Below are positions 12,637-25,580 of a stretch of 64,000 nucleotides of DNA, one piece after another. The translations under genes were made by a program, and so were the position numbers. The stretch covers positions 1,190,932-1,254,931 of the forward strand of contig BFEA01000024.1 of NCBI GenBank assembly GCA_003427395.1, read 5' to 3'. Source of the stretch: Chara braunii (taxonomy: Eukaryota > Plantae > Charophyceae). The stretch's first letter is position 1, and the number at the start of each line of letters is the position of its first letter. Under the pieces are notes generated by a model. That model had not been told where the DNA came from. It was given only the letters and a program-made list of their open reading frames with translations, and made no database searches.

Positions 12637-12781
12637 GAAGAAGAAGAAGAAGAAGAAGAAAAAAGAAGAAGAAGAAGAAGAAGAGGAGGAAGAGGGGGAG
12701 GAGGAGGAGGAGGAGGAGACGACATTCTAATAGGGGTATTAGGGGGAGGAGTAGGAGGAGGAGCTCTCTCTCTCTCTCTCT
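12628..12781. repeat. (GAA)n / (GAG)n / (CT)n microsatellite cluster
   Basis: Directly visible. Confidence 0.95.
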
Positions 12782-14244
12782 GTGGGCCCTAGCGAGGTTC
12801 ACTAGGGTGTCCAACGGTCCATGGGGGGCTGACCTCCCTGCTGAGTACCTCGGACTACGGAGGATCATGGGGCGGGGGAACGTGTAAACTACAAAAAAAG
12901 TGGACAATGTGGTATCAAAGGCCGTTTCAGTCCTGTGGAAAGGTAGCTAGTATGATAGGGTCAATGTGGTCTGTGCATGCCGTCTTTTTGCGTAGGATAC
13001 GGGGTTGAAGAACCCAATGTTTTGTGCAACTGGTCGATACGGGGTAGAAGACTCCAATCTTGCTAACAATTAGCGAAGTAGCTGGATCAAGAGCATGGGA
13101 CGGACAGGCTAGACCCTGTGCGCGATGAAGTTAGCTGTAGGAACGACACGTACTAGTCAGCCAAAGGGCACTACGTAGTGAGTTTGGTATATTGGCATGC
13201 TCGAAGATTATGGAGGGCGGGGAAAGGCAGAGTCAGGTAGAGATGGGGGATGCGGGAGAAATGGAGGGAACACTGTAATGGGACTTTTTGATTAATGGAA
13301 ACTGAGCGGGAAGAAGGGAAAAGGGGCGCGCAATGGAAGGAGAAATGTAAGCGGATGAGATGACGTGGTAGGAACGAAGGAATCACTATAATGGGAAACC
13401 GAGCTTGGAGAGGGAGACGGGAGATGTAGCGAAAGACGAAAGATAAGCGGGATCTAGGATGACAAAGGAGATGGATGTGGAAGGAATGAAGGTGGGGTGG
13501 GCAGGCAAAAAGGCGGGTAGGAGGGTGATCGTAGAGGTGGAGCGGCAAGGATCGGCAGGATGCGTAGGATCACAGTGAGATGAAGAGACGGGTAAGACGG
13601 GGGAGTAGAACTACGGGCATTGGCGGGATAAGCAGAGCAGAGGGGAATCATAAGGTGGTGGAGTGGGGAGTGGGAAACGTGTGGAGGAGGGGAAGATGGA
13701 AGGGGGTTCAGGAACGAGGAGTGGAAGGAGGAAAGGAGCAAGGAGCGTGGAGGAGGGGAGGAGGTGAGAGAGACAAAAAGAAAAAGAAAAAGAAAAGGGA
13801 GAGGAAAAAAAGGGGGATGTACGAAGTTGTTTGTACCGAAGAAAAAAGAAGGGAAAGAATCTCAAACGGAAAGCTGGTAAGTATGCAAGTCTTTTTATGT
13901 GTGCTTTTTTTAGCTTGTTTTAAGGAAAATGTTACGGTCACCTTGGTAGTCGAGACAATGGATGAGAATGTTGAGGGAGAAGACTTGGAGGGGGAGAAGT
14001 ATTTTAGCAAAGCCAGATGGATGGGTTGGTATCACGATTCGAATGACGAGCGGTGGTGTGGTGCTCCTGATGAGTCTGTTGTGTACGTCGGTGGCGGAAC
14101 CCGTAGGGGTGTGAGCATACTATTGTGGATTTTCAATGTGTGAGAAGCTTTAATTTTGAAGAGGATCGATACGAACGCGTCCGAGTGTGTGTGGTGATTG
14201 GCTTTGGTACTCAAATGATCACTATGCTCTTATGCATATTTCTC

Positions 14245-14250
<6 letters not shown>
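12782..14250 (+). mobile_element. Probable old PLE pLTR-like insertion between (CT)n tracts
   Basis: Flanked by CT repeats on both sides, carries a decayed hammerhead-like motif, and ends in CTATTC plus microsatellite like the PLE-B pLTR. Confidence 0.4.
14063..14110 (+). ncRNA. Degenerate hammerhead-like motif
   Basis: ctc-CTGATGA-gtctgttg-tgtacg-tcggtggc-GGAA-c-cc-GTA-ggg; GGAA instead of GAAA and a G-U-rich stem II. Confidence 0.4.
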
Positions 14251-14306
<56 letters not shown>

Positions 14307-16197
14307 NNNNNNNNNNNNNNNNNNNNNNNNNNNNNNNNNNNNNNNNNNNNNNNNNNNNNNNNNNNNNNNNNNNNNNNNNNNNNNNNNNNNNNNNNNNNNN
14401 NNNNNNNNNNNNNNNNNNNNNNNNNNNNNNNNNNNNNNNNNNNNNNNNNNNNNNNNNNNNNNNNNNNNNNNNNNNCGAAAGGAGGAGGAGGAAAAGATGA
14501 GTAAGAAGAAGTACAAAAGAGGAGGAGGAGGAGAAGGGGGAGGAGTAGGAGTAGGAGGAGGAGCTCTCTCTCTCTCCAAGAACCTGAGGAATAAGGAGAA
14601 CAAGTTGAAGAAGGAAGAACAACAAGAACAACAACAAGAACAAGAAAGAAGAAGACCAAGAAGAAGAAGAAAGAAGGAGAACAAGAAGAACAAGAGAAAG
14701 AAAAAAAAAGAACAGGAGAAGACGAAGAAGAAGAAGGACTAATGCTATTCTAAGAGGATTGAACGAGTGGTTTTGGGAAAACACCGAATTCTTTGAACGC
14801 TTTGAATTTGGGAAGCATTTTCACGTTAGGGGTTTTTAGCATTTTCAAGTTTTTTGCTTTGTTTTCTTTTGCCTGATTTTGTTTTTATAAATGTTTGTAC
14901 TATGAGCTTGCATTGTTTGTTTCCAAAATCTTCCGCCATGTTGCTTGTGGCGATGCGCCGGAAAACACCGAATTTTCGGCCTTCCGTTAACCCTCTCTCT
15001 GGTTTCAACACGCATAGAACAAACGCCGTATCATGTGGTATTTTTCCACTACTTTACGTCACTCTCTGGCCAAAATGTACGCAGCAAAATTCAAACTTGG
15101 AACTACAGCTCAAGTATTCAAGATCGTGAGAAGGGATATGGGTAACGTTTATATGCGAAACCAAGACAAAGATTTATTGCACAACATATGAAATACCCAT
15201 TCTTTGTTACCGTAAGTTGTTCACCTTTTAACCCCAAACAGTTCTTGTCAGGGTCATGTAACATCTCTGCTAAAAGTTGGATATCTTGAAGATTATTTTT
15301 AATCAGAACTAATTTTCACTTTATCTTATTAAAATTCAAACAATGTATTCTCAAACTGTTCTGTACCGAAGAAAAGTGTTCCTCCAATCTCCAGCTGACA
15401 TTCTTGTTGGCTCCCATCCGGCAACTCTCTATATACCGGATCAAGAAGTCGAAATGGATCAATTCCTATATCAGGCGTCATAGGCCCTAGAGATCCTGGG
15501 TGACTAAACAACAACTTAACACCGTTAAAGCGTATAGGTAATACAAGCGAGATCCAACTGGTTTGTTTGATGTACCTATTGGAAGTCAAATGATCCATAG
15601 TACCTGCCTAACCCGAAAGGGACCCAGCAATAGGAAAGCACTGACAATCTCATCAGTAATCGGGAAAGGGTCCATGCATCTACACAACGCAGATTTCATT
15701 CTACGACATAGAGACAATTCCCGCCTAGGGGCAACTTAATATTGGATATTTCTACCAAGAAAATTTGGGACCGCCTTCAACTTTTTTGTCCGTGTGTCGG
15801 TACGAAGTGTGGCGTCAGATTTTCCATGGTACATGAAAATGGAACAAGGTAGCCATAGGGGAACCTGCGGCTGATTTAAAGTCAATCTAATCAGACTAGT
15901 TACCAAAGGCGCGAAGCACAATTCCGGGTATCCTTTAATCTATATCCGCTATTTACATATTGAATTGATTGACTCAGGCTCTTCTGGGTGAACGTAGGCA
16001 TTTTATTTTGTACTTTTCTGTTGTTTTTTTTCTTGATTGTTCCCCAATTTTTTTGACCACGATATTCAATTTTTCTAGACTCATTTTCGGACTTAAGTTT
16101 TCGAAATCGTGGTTTTACATACCACAATCTTCTAATATTGTAGTTATATGCTATATATGGTAAACTAGCCAGGCACCCGGACCAGACAATACCACAC

Positions 16198-19100
16198 GTG
16201 TTTGTAAGTTACAAACGAGAGTCAGGTGAGTTTGGCGTCAAGTCGTTGCAGCACCCTAAACCAGGCGACTCTGGCGATAGCTTGGGGAAGTCCATCCCTT
16301 ACTGTGGATTCAATCATTATCACACTTTTAGAGAAATCAATTTGAAGAAATTTGTGGATTTGGTCACTGTCGCACTTTTGGACCAAGTCCATACCTTACT
16401 TATTCTGCTGGCCTGCTTGCACAAGGACCTAGCTTGGGGAAGGGCATATGCTAGTTTCGGTTTCCGATGTCTCATCCCGAATGGGATGGGTTGCTTCTTG
16501 ACCGGTGCTGCGTGTATGCTCTCATGTCTATTAGATACAAACTGGTCTATGTTGGTAAGACTCTACGCTCGCCCAGAGAAAGATTGGTAGAGCATACATG
16601 GAAGTCAAGATCATAAAAAGGATTGAGTAAGCAACATGTGCATACATGGCTGCGTAAGGTGGGTGTGATGAACTATATGCCGATACCCATCTAGTTCAGT
16701 GGGGAACTAGCCATTGAAGGCATGAAAGTCAAGATTTTACAAGATAACAACCCTCGGTTGAATTCTAGGGATCGGACTCGGAAGAAGAAGCCGCGTCGGT
16801 GTTGGGGTAAGAAGAAGGCGGCCCTTAGGCCCTCTCCAGCGACAATTCTCGAGCCTGTGTTTTTTTTATTGTCTGTGCATTGATGTGCGACAAGAACCAG
16901 ACTTATTAATGATTCCGAAGCTCCTAGCCAAGCGGAACGTAAAAAGGGTGATTAGTACTGATTACTGTTAGCAACAATCCGGGGTGTTGGTGGTTAAAAG
17001 CATGGCGATTGGTTGTGCTCTTGTTTGTTTTTTCCAAAATTGAGTATAATGGGGACAAAATTCTTCTTAAGGATGCAAAGTCTCTGATTGAGGGTGGTGG
17101 ATGCTAGTTTATCACTGCTCTTTTCCAAACAAAGACAAGGACCGATACTAAGAAGGCTAACCTAATTGCCTTGCTTTGGGCGCCTTGGAAACGGGGGTAG
17201 TTGTACACCTGCACGCTCAAAGAATTGGTTGAGTTGAATGCGAGGATCTGGGTCCTTGGCAGGCCTAAGGGGCCCCTGCTGCAAATGTGCCCGCCCTAAG
17301 TGAAGGCGGGCCTAACAAATCACGAGAGGCCTCGGCTGTCAATTTCGTATTTGGGGTCCAGGCAGTTTCGTCGCGCCAGTTGGTTGAGGGAAACATAGAC
17401 CGAGCAACGAGGAAAAATCCCAGGCCTTCCAGGCCTTTCCAAAATGGTGCAGGCCCTGGACGAGAATTGCAGCCTCATACACAGATAGTTGGGAGGCCCC
17501 AGCCAGGCTGCCGAATGAGGCAGGTATATGGAAAGAGCTCGCTGCCTGGCCAGTCATCAGACACTCACATGCTGGCGGCAGCGCTGCTGGAGCTGAAGCT
17601 CGTGGGCTGCTGCTAGCGCTGAGAGGCGAAGTGCAAGCACGTGCAGTCGTGCAAGGAGGAGGGCGCTGCTGAGGGCAGCGCCATAATCCAGCCTCCATAG
17701 CTGGCGGGCTTGGATGTTCAGTGAGGCGCAGGGATGGTCTTCGGGTTTTCAAGAAGGAAGACATGGGAGTAAGACGAGGGAGAGAGAGAGAGAAGGATGA
17801 TGATGATGATGTGAGGGCACATACCTGGTATTGGCGACGGTCTGCATGGGCGACATCTTCAAGTACTTCGGAGGCTGCTGACGTCAATAGTTGCATTGTC
17901 AATTAGTAGGCTAGTGGTAGATGTGTAGGGAGTAGGCTGGGCGCCGAGCGCCAAGTAGAGAGGTAGGGACTGGATACATATGTTGGTGGTGGCGAGAGCA
18001 AGCTCTCATTAACATTGCTTTTCAGTGCTACGATTCTCCATTGGTGTCATATTGGTGCAATGCTGCTTTCTGAACACTGAGATACGATCTGGCTTTCAAT
18101 GTGATTGTGCAATCTGAATATTCTCATCTCGCTATTGCTCATTTTCCTTGCATGAAGAATAATATCGAAACAATCAGTCAATAGCGTGGCACGCAGATTA
18201 TTTGGGGAATCCTAACAAATGTGCTGAAGCGTAAGTTTGGTGTTAATCCCATATTAAATATCACTTTAAAGATCTCGTTATGCACTACAGTTGATAAATG
18301 CAAGGTTGAAACATTTACGCGAAAGTGGGTGAAGGAACGAATCCACCTTGTGTCGCTAGCTAACTCGTATGCAAAGAGGAGCACAGTCGTTTGGCTTAAG
18401 GCTAATTCAATTGGTGACCTCCTATATGATAACACATCCTCGTACAAGCACAACCTTTTGACTATGCTTGTGCAGGATTTAACTTGCCCATGTTGAATGG
18501 GCATGTAGCAATTAAGCTCAGCAATATTGGTGATGTTCACCTTTTCCTACTGAAAGAATGTTCCCCTTCCCTCTGTCTCTTGCGTTTTGTGGATGGGCTT
18601 AGAAAATCTGGGTTGATTACTGATGAAATATGGATCGACTGGTTGATGGTGTGTAGACCTGGGGTTGCTAATCCTTATGATTGTGTGTTTAGTGAATATG
18701 TAACCGGGGTTGGTCAGTCTTTCGCAGGGTTGGTTTCATCTCGATTGGACCCGAACAACGGCGAGATATGAATCGAATGCCCGATGCTTTATGAAGAGGG
18801 CCTGCAGAAAATGTATCTGGGCCATATTAACTACGAACATGTTATGAAACCAAAGGGAGTTGTTCTTGGGGAAATGAAGGAGAAGTACGTGGAGTGTGGT
18901 CTGGACAAAATTGTCGCTTGGGATCGGAAAGGAGATTTGCAATACGCTTACATAATCTCGAAAGAGAAAGATAAGCTTAAGAAGAGACCGATTGTTCCAT
19001 CCTTTGCTAGTTCTTTCTGCTCTGCGTCCGGTCTCCTTTCTACTGCACTGACATGTGCATTAAGCGTGTAACAATTCCCCATTTCAATTTACAAGCTATT

Positions 19101-19979
19101 GGGGACTCAAAGAAAGAGGTCGGCCGAATTAACCTACAAGAGGCAAAGTTGGGGCCTGGCGGGGTGGAGTTTGAGGCACACACATATGATCTGAAGGAAA
19201 TATTTACCCAATGACCCCATACTGAGATCAGTCGGGGGCTGAATTGGATCGTGTAAGTTTTTCACCACCGGGGGCTCCGGTGGATCCGGATCAATGTCCG
19301 TAAAAAGCGAACGACGTTTGGCAAATGGCACGGTGAATCCGGGTGGAAATCACTGCGATTAAGCGCTGGGTGCGCTCACTAATTACCAGTTGGAAAACAC
19401 AAACTTTTTGGTGTGTGGTGTTGTTTTGCGACAAATGAGGGGCATTCCTATGGGCGGGCGTGCTAGTCCCCCGCTCGCATCTGTGATGGGCATGTTTGCA
19501 GTCTTTCAGTTCCTGACCTCACTTGGGTCAGTGCAAAATACATCATAGGGAAGCGCTATGTTGATTGGATCTGATCACCGACTGCTATCCTCAGGGCCTG
19601 CGTCCAACGGGCGGACCCAAGAAATTGGGTCCTTGATTTCCTTGAAACGAGATTGGTTGTTGGTGGGGAACCCCCACAATATTTGATGTCGCATGCTGAC
19701 ACAATGTGGGGTGATGGACCGCTCTGATTCGAAACATACAAAGATTTTTCTTCGTTCGGACCGCACATGGCGAACTTCGCCACAGTAGCTAACATGATCC
19801 TCAGGATCGCCAGCAATTTGAATGATTTGGGGGTTACGGTCCTGAATATTCTCAGTCTAATGGACGAGCTCTGCAAATTAAATTATCCAAGTAAGGTGGT
19901 GCTGGCCGGTCTACAGTGCATGCTCCGCTGTGAGAAGGAACCTTTCTGGGAACGCATGCTGCAGATGGTGGCCACCTAG
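16198..19979 (+). pseudogene. PLE-C: decayed GIY-YIG + RT Penelope-like ORF, split by a solo LTR
   Basis: VYALMSIRYKLVYVGKTLRSPRERLVEH (~16510-16600); LPMLNGHV linker; AYIISKEKDKLKKRPIVP; YDLKEIF; RQMRGIPMGGRASPPLA; RYVD. Start approximate. Confidence 0.85.
17239..18152 (+). mobile_element. Solo LTR (914 bp) with 4-bp TSD TGAA
   Basis: Ends TGCGAGGA...TCCTTGCA. Removing it restores the PLE frame (ELVELKNNIETISQ*RGTQIIWGILTNVLKRKF) at the same length as the homologous segment of ORF 32196. Confidence 0.8.
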
Positions 19980-21761
19980 CTGCAGGAGAAGAACCCAAGG
20001 GGTTCCGGTCTCGAGCTGAAGTGAATTGTAAGCGGGAGATTGTCCCTTAGTGAGAAAACAGTAAGCCCATGTTCAGGGAGGCAATTTACTGTGCACTTCC
20101 TTGGATTTGGTCTGTCGTATCATGTGTTGGCATGCCAGAGGCCTTGGTCACTTTTTTTTCGGGTGGGGGGAAACATGCTCTAATCTATTCGTGGGGAGCG
20201 GCACATGCTGGGAACTGGGCCCAGCGTCCCATTCAAGATCATATTGAGAAACTGAGAAATTTATGGGAAAACCCTTGAGGTACCGGGGCCATTACCCGGC
20301 TTCGGCTAAGAAAGACAACTCTGTACAAGAACACTACAAATTTCTCTAGCCTCCAAAGCTCGGATCAAAGGAGCATTCAGAACAAAAGAACCACCTACTT
20401 TAGAGCCTTTCGGCAACCCAACCCTGCCTGCCTCACCCCTATATCCCGATGCCCAATCTCTACCAGGCCTCATGCCCCCAACTGCTAGGTTACAGGGTGG
20501 CACGACCCACCCCCGAAACCCCCCCCACCTGCTGGGCCACAGGGCAAAGCGACCTGCCCCGGCTCTGGCCAGCATCGGCTAGGCACCAACTCACGAAAAG
20601 ACACTAGAGTGCCTTCCACCCTCGACAACTCCCCAGATCTCTTTACCAGGTCTCATGCCCTCATACCGCTTGAGTTACAGAGCAGTGCAACCAAGCCCCA
20701 GCACCGACCAGCATCGTTCTGGCCTCGTCTATTCGCAAACCACCGGGACTCAGGACTAAGGCAAATACCAGTCAAGCTACCAGCCAGCACCATAGTTGTA
20801 AATCCCATCATTCATCTTGGAAATATCCCCAAACAAAACCTTCTCAACCTACTCTGGCAAGTCTTACTACTGTGAAGCCACCATCTTCACCGCTGCTGTA
20901 CCCTATTCAACCGTACAGGCTAGCCCCTTGGCCCCAGAGCGCGTCATCTCCCACCGTCACAGCTCCACTACCCCCTGCCTTCAACTCCAAAACCTTGGAG
21001 GAATTTTTCAATTAGGAAAACAGAAAATCATGACATGATCATTTCAGCGCCTACTATTCCCACAGGAAGAAGGGAAACCCCATGGAAAGTCCAACGCCTA
21101 TTGAGGTCTCAATTACATGTAAAGGGGTCACAAGAACCAAAGGGATTACTCCTCTCCCCCAAAAGGCAACCCCCTGTCTGTGCACTGCCTCCGCGGGAAG
21201 GCGCCCCCTCATCTCTCTGCCCCAGTTCAGAACAGCCCCCAGAATACCCCTCCTTCTCCCTCGGTCGCATACAGTACCCCCTAAAGTATGCCCCTGCAGA
21301 GCCGAAGATCCCCCTTCCTTCCTGCTCCACCCCCTCCAAACCTCTCAACTCTCACCCTGCTAACATCAACACCCCTTGTCCTCTCTCCCCAACAGCCATA
21401 GCTGATCCGACCCAAAAATCAGCGTGGCCCAGAAAAGGACAAACCCTCAATACTGCCCCTACCCTCTCAAGGATCACACCACCCACCTTATGTAACCCTC
21501 GCAGGGAGGGACTCCAACCCTAAAGGAGATAATCCATTCAACACCTATGACCCGAATCCCACAACATCACGGACTGAGGCCCAATTGCTAGAAAATACAA
21601 ACGAGACCAATTACTTGAGTAGTCACTATTTGAAACATCAGAATGTGAAAAAGGAATTTTAGGCATCCTTCTTCAGCAAGAGACAAAAGTCATCATCAAC
21701 TTGCAATTTCCTTACCCTTTCGAAAAATCCAGTCTCCATCCTTGAAGAGGCGAAACATCGT

Positions 21762-21960
21762 TGCCCAACGCCAATCGCACCAGGGCTACTCCTCCTCAGC
21801 TGGTACCCATCAAACAGCCTAAACTGCCCAACGCCAATCGCATCTGATGAGAACTCCCGCAGCTCTCGCACTAGGGTTACTCCTCAGCGGTACCCATCAA
21901 ACAGCCTGAACTGCCCAACGCCAATCGCATCTGATGAGAAATCCCCCCAGCCGGTACCCC
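21762..21960. repeat. Imperfect tandem triplication (core GCCCAACGCCAATCGCA)
   Basis: Three copies of the core, with a shared GGTACCC block. Confidence 0.8.
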
Positions 21961-23825
21961 TCAAGCAACTCTGCACCATCCCCTTCTCCGTCCTTGCAAA
22001 AGCTCATGACGTGGCCCCTGTCCCCAGCCTCAAGTAGATACCCAAAAGACATCTGGGCCCAAGAGCCCTAAAAAACAAGAACACAGGCAAAATTAAGAAA
22101 ACGACTCAAACCCCCCCCATCAATCCCCTTTACCTCACTCCGGCAAGCCTTATTGCAGCAGAGCCACCATCTCCACTGTTGCTGTACCCTATTTCCATCC
22201 TACAAGGTAGCCCCCTCACTAGTAGGACGCTTGATATCCCGCCATCTACTTCTCCCACTCACCCTGATTTTTGGACCAGCAGACCTTCATCAGTTTCTAG
22301 AACACCAACTAAGAAAGCAAAATACAATCTGAGTATAAAATTACTTCAATTCTCCAATTAGGGAATCAAGTACAAAACTAAAAATAGGACATGTGTAATC
22401 CAAAAAAAACCTACGAATGATAGATTTGATATAGATTTTGATATCCCAAAGGGGATTTTCGAATCGATTCCCACACCGCAGTATGAGAATCATTTAGCAA
22501 CCGAGATTGACACTTTTGAGACAATTCGTAAGAAGTCAGTTCCAAATCATACCTGGCGTTTTTTAACAGAATTGAAATTATTTCAAAACAAAACGGATCA
22601 TACGAAACTTATAATTACAATTAAACAGCATCAACTGCTTTGGAGTTACTAATTAAGAAATCACAGAAGAAAACAAAGGTAGGGTTCATTTTCCAAATCA
22701 ACCATAAGGATCAATCAGCTCTAAATTCAAATCAGATCAAAATCAGATCGAAATCAAAACAAAATCAGAAGATTAATAGTAATTATTTAAGTGTGAACTT
22801 TCATGTTGATATGGATAAAAAAGCAGAAACCAAGTTATTATCACGAGGATCATTAGCAACAGCTAACAAAAAACCACGGAGATCATCACTATCAAAAATT
22901 GAAAAACCTCCTCCCCCACTTCCTCAACACCCACCTACTTGCCACCTTTCCCCTCAAACCCTACCCCACCGTCTTCGGGGAAAGAGGAACACACCTCCTC
23001 CCACTGCTAGCCACTAGGCATCAAAGCAATGCTAACACCGAAGACAACAACGGCCCTCTTCGAACCCCCAAGGATCAGAAGACAGTGTGACACCACCTCG
23101 CCAAGCCTGTCAGCGAGTCGTCACAGGGGGTTCAAGCCATCCTAAACATTCATTCACCACACTATTGGGGAAAGGGGGAGGAGATCAAACCCATAACCCG
23201 CTCTGAGTCACCGCCACAACCCTCTATTAGCCTTTGTCATCCTTCAATTCCAATCTTGGCAGTGTCCATCTCTCAGGTGTTACTAGCTTCCTCCGCGGTG
23301 TTTTGTCCTCTCAGTTCGTCGAACGGCCCACCTCAGCTTCGACGATACGAAAACTCAGCCGTACCTCAATCCTCCTCTTCTCAATACCAGCTCGACAAGG
23401 GCTGGGACGACACCTCCATGGTTGGCAACGTGGAGCACCTTTCCATTCACCCACCGACCACTCCCTCACAAAAGCCCCCATCACTACCTTGCGTGCAGCT
23501 GCCTTCATCACCAACCTTAGCTCCCCCCTCCGTGTCCCTTCCCGAGGCCTTGGTCACACGTTCTTGACCCGGTAGGTGCTATCCGGGCCAGATTCGTTGT
23601 ATAGGGCGCTCGCAGGACTGAACATTGCCTGACTATTGGGTCCAGTGAATGAACCTCGCACTCTGCAAGGTCCGCTCGTCGGACCCAATCATGTTCTTTT
23701 GGATGCGGTAATGGGCTATTACTAACAAAAAAATTGGAGTTATGAACCTGGTGCAAAAACCGGTTAGGTAATTTTTGGATATCGCTGGAAGACTGGTCTG
23801 CCTGTTCTAAAGATGTACGGAGGCG

Positions 23826-23921
23826 ACTCGTGGAACCAAGTGAATAATTCTGTAGTATCAGACCCGCAGGGTACGAAGACGGCTCCTGGAACCAGGTGAA
23901 TAATTTTGCAGTAACAGACCC
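23826..23921. repeat. 56-bp tandem repeat, left part (continues at 39906-39975)
   Basis: GGAACCARGTGAATAATT units at 23832, 23888 and 39933; 56-bp period is preserved once the Gypsy element is removed. Confidence 0.85.
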
Positions 23922-25161
23922 TGTGGCATACTCTGTACCACACAGGCCCAGCAGAGCCCGACAAGGTAGACTAAGGGTCAGTAGGTGTAGGGCCTATTTC
24001 GTTTCAGCCTAAAAGCCTGAAAACGAGGGCCTACAGGCCCTGTGTCGTTTCAGCCTGAAAGCCTGAAAACAAGGGCCTACAGGCCCTGTGTCGTTTCAGC
24101 CTAAAACAGGGCCCTCCAGGCCCCGAGTCTTTTCAGCCTGAAACGGAGGGCCATTTTCAGGCCCTCATAAGATCGACCTGCCCTGAAACTTAGGCACCAG
24201 ACCAGGAAGACAACCTTTGTTTGAACTTCAACGCAAGGGTCTGGCCATTTTGACATTGGCAAGAGCAGCCTCCTGGACGGGCCAGCACTATATAAGACTG
24301 GCCCACCCTACAGGCTGCAGGCAGTCACGAGGCAGCTCCTAGGAACTTCCCAGGCACTTCACGTGCAGGAGGCAGGAGGTAGTCTTCAGGACTCGGCAGC
24401 AGCACTCTGGAGGAGCGCTGCAGGAGTAGTCGTAGCATTAGCAGTAGTCTTCAGCGCTGGGCGCTAGTAGGAGCTAGAGTAGTGTTGGAGAGAGAGAGAG
24501 AGAGAGAGCGATGGTTGGCGGAGGCCAGGGAGACTTACCTGTGGCACCATAGCTCCAGCTTCGTCTTCGATGTACCTGCAACAAGGCGCCACCTTCACAG
24601 GTTAGTACCGGACACAGAGAGAGAGAGAGAGAGAGNNNNNNNNNNNNNNNNNNNNNNNNNNNNNNNNNNNNNNNNNNNNNNNNNNNNNNNNNNNNNNNNN
24701 NNNNNNNNNNNNNNNNNNNNNNNNNNNNNNNNNNNNNNNNNNNNNNNNNNNNNNNNNNNNNNNNNNNNNNNNNNNNNNNNTCTGCAGACTACGAGAGAGA
24801 GAGGGATTGGTGACTTTGGGATTTGACGATATTTGGATCCAGACTCGACATTGGGATTCAGACATTTGACGAGGGATTGTTTGGGACTGTACCGAAGACT
24901 TGGTGTTGACGACATTTCCATCTTCCCCTCTTCTTCGTCTAACCGCCCTCTTCTTCGTCTGTGTATAGTTGGGGACTGGCGCATTCTTCCTGTGTGAGCG
25001 CCAGGCCCCTTCACACCATGGAATGATGATGATGTATGTTTGGTCTGCATGGCAACATTGATTGTTTGGATCATTGATATTTAAGCCTTCCGCTGTGTTA
25101 TCTTGTACTTTGAGAGAGAGGTCAGTTCTTGTTCTGGTCTGTACCATTACGGTATGCGACA
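23922..25161 (+). repeat. Gypsy 5' LTR (contains N gap)
   Basis: TGTGGCATAC...ATGCGACA; matches 38501-39905. Confidence 0.95.
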
Positions 25162-25164
25162 GTT

Positions 25165-25176
25165 TGGTATCGGAGC
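25165..25176 (+). promoter_or_regulatory. Primer binding site (initiator tRNA-Met type)
   Basis: TGGTATCGGAGC, one mismatch to TGGTATCAGAGC, 3 nt after the LTR. Confidence 0.88.
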
Positions 25177-25337
25177 GGACCTCTCAATCAGAGGATCCGC
25201 CCAGTCAAGTAGCCAGCTTGCTTGATCTACTGATTGTAGAATGATTGATTGATCGATTGTTTATTAGTAAATCAATTAGGACTTCATCAAATCTCTGCAA
25301 TTTTTTTATTTTTATTTTTTTTTCTCTCTCGCAACAA

Positions 25338-25580
25338 ATATCTGAAAATTTCTGATAATAGCATTTCGTTTTATTTGAAAATTTATGATAATAGCATTTC
25401 GCTGTATCTGAAAATTTCTGATATTAGCATTTCGTTTTATCTGAAAATTTCTGATATTAGCATTTCGTTTTCACGCAATAAATATCTGAAAATTTCTGAT
25501 AGTAGCATTTAGTTTCTCTAATATTAGCATCCGAAAATTTCTGATAATTAGCATTTATAGCCGAAAATTTCTGGTGTTAG
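25338..25580. repeat. ~33-bp tandem repeat in the Gypsy leader
   Basis: Repeated ATCTGAAAATTTCTGATATTAGCATTTCGTTTT. Confidence 0.85.

Noticed and set aside
14125-14784. Long ORFs spanning microsatellites and N gaps (also 4169-4857, 35546-36833, 39045-39570, 62363-62755)
   Set aside because: Artefacts of low-complexity sequence and unknown bases.
14740-16170. Possible pLTR of another PLE (shares CTGCCTAACC with the PLE-B pLTR; 89-aa ORF at 15329-15598)
   Set aside because: Similarity too short to support homology without an alignment.
21840-21945. Repeated CTGATGAGAA motifs
   Set aside because: No stem II plus GAAA arrangement; part of a local tandem duplication.
20300-23570. C-rich region with several Pro/Ser-rich ORFs
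   Set aside because: No recognisable domain or termini; probably old TE debris, left unassigned.
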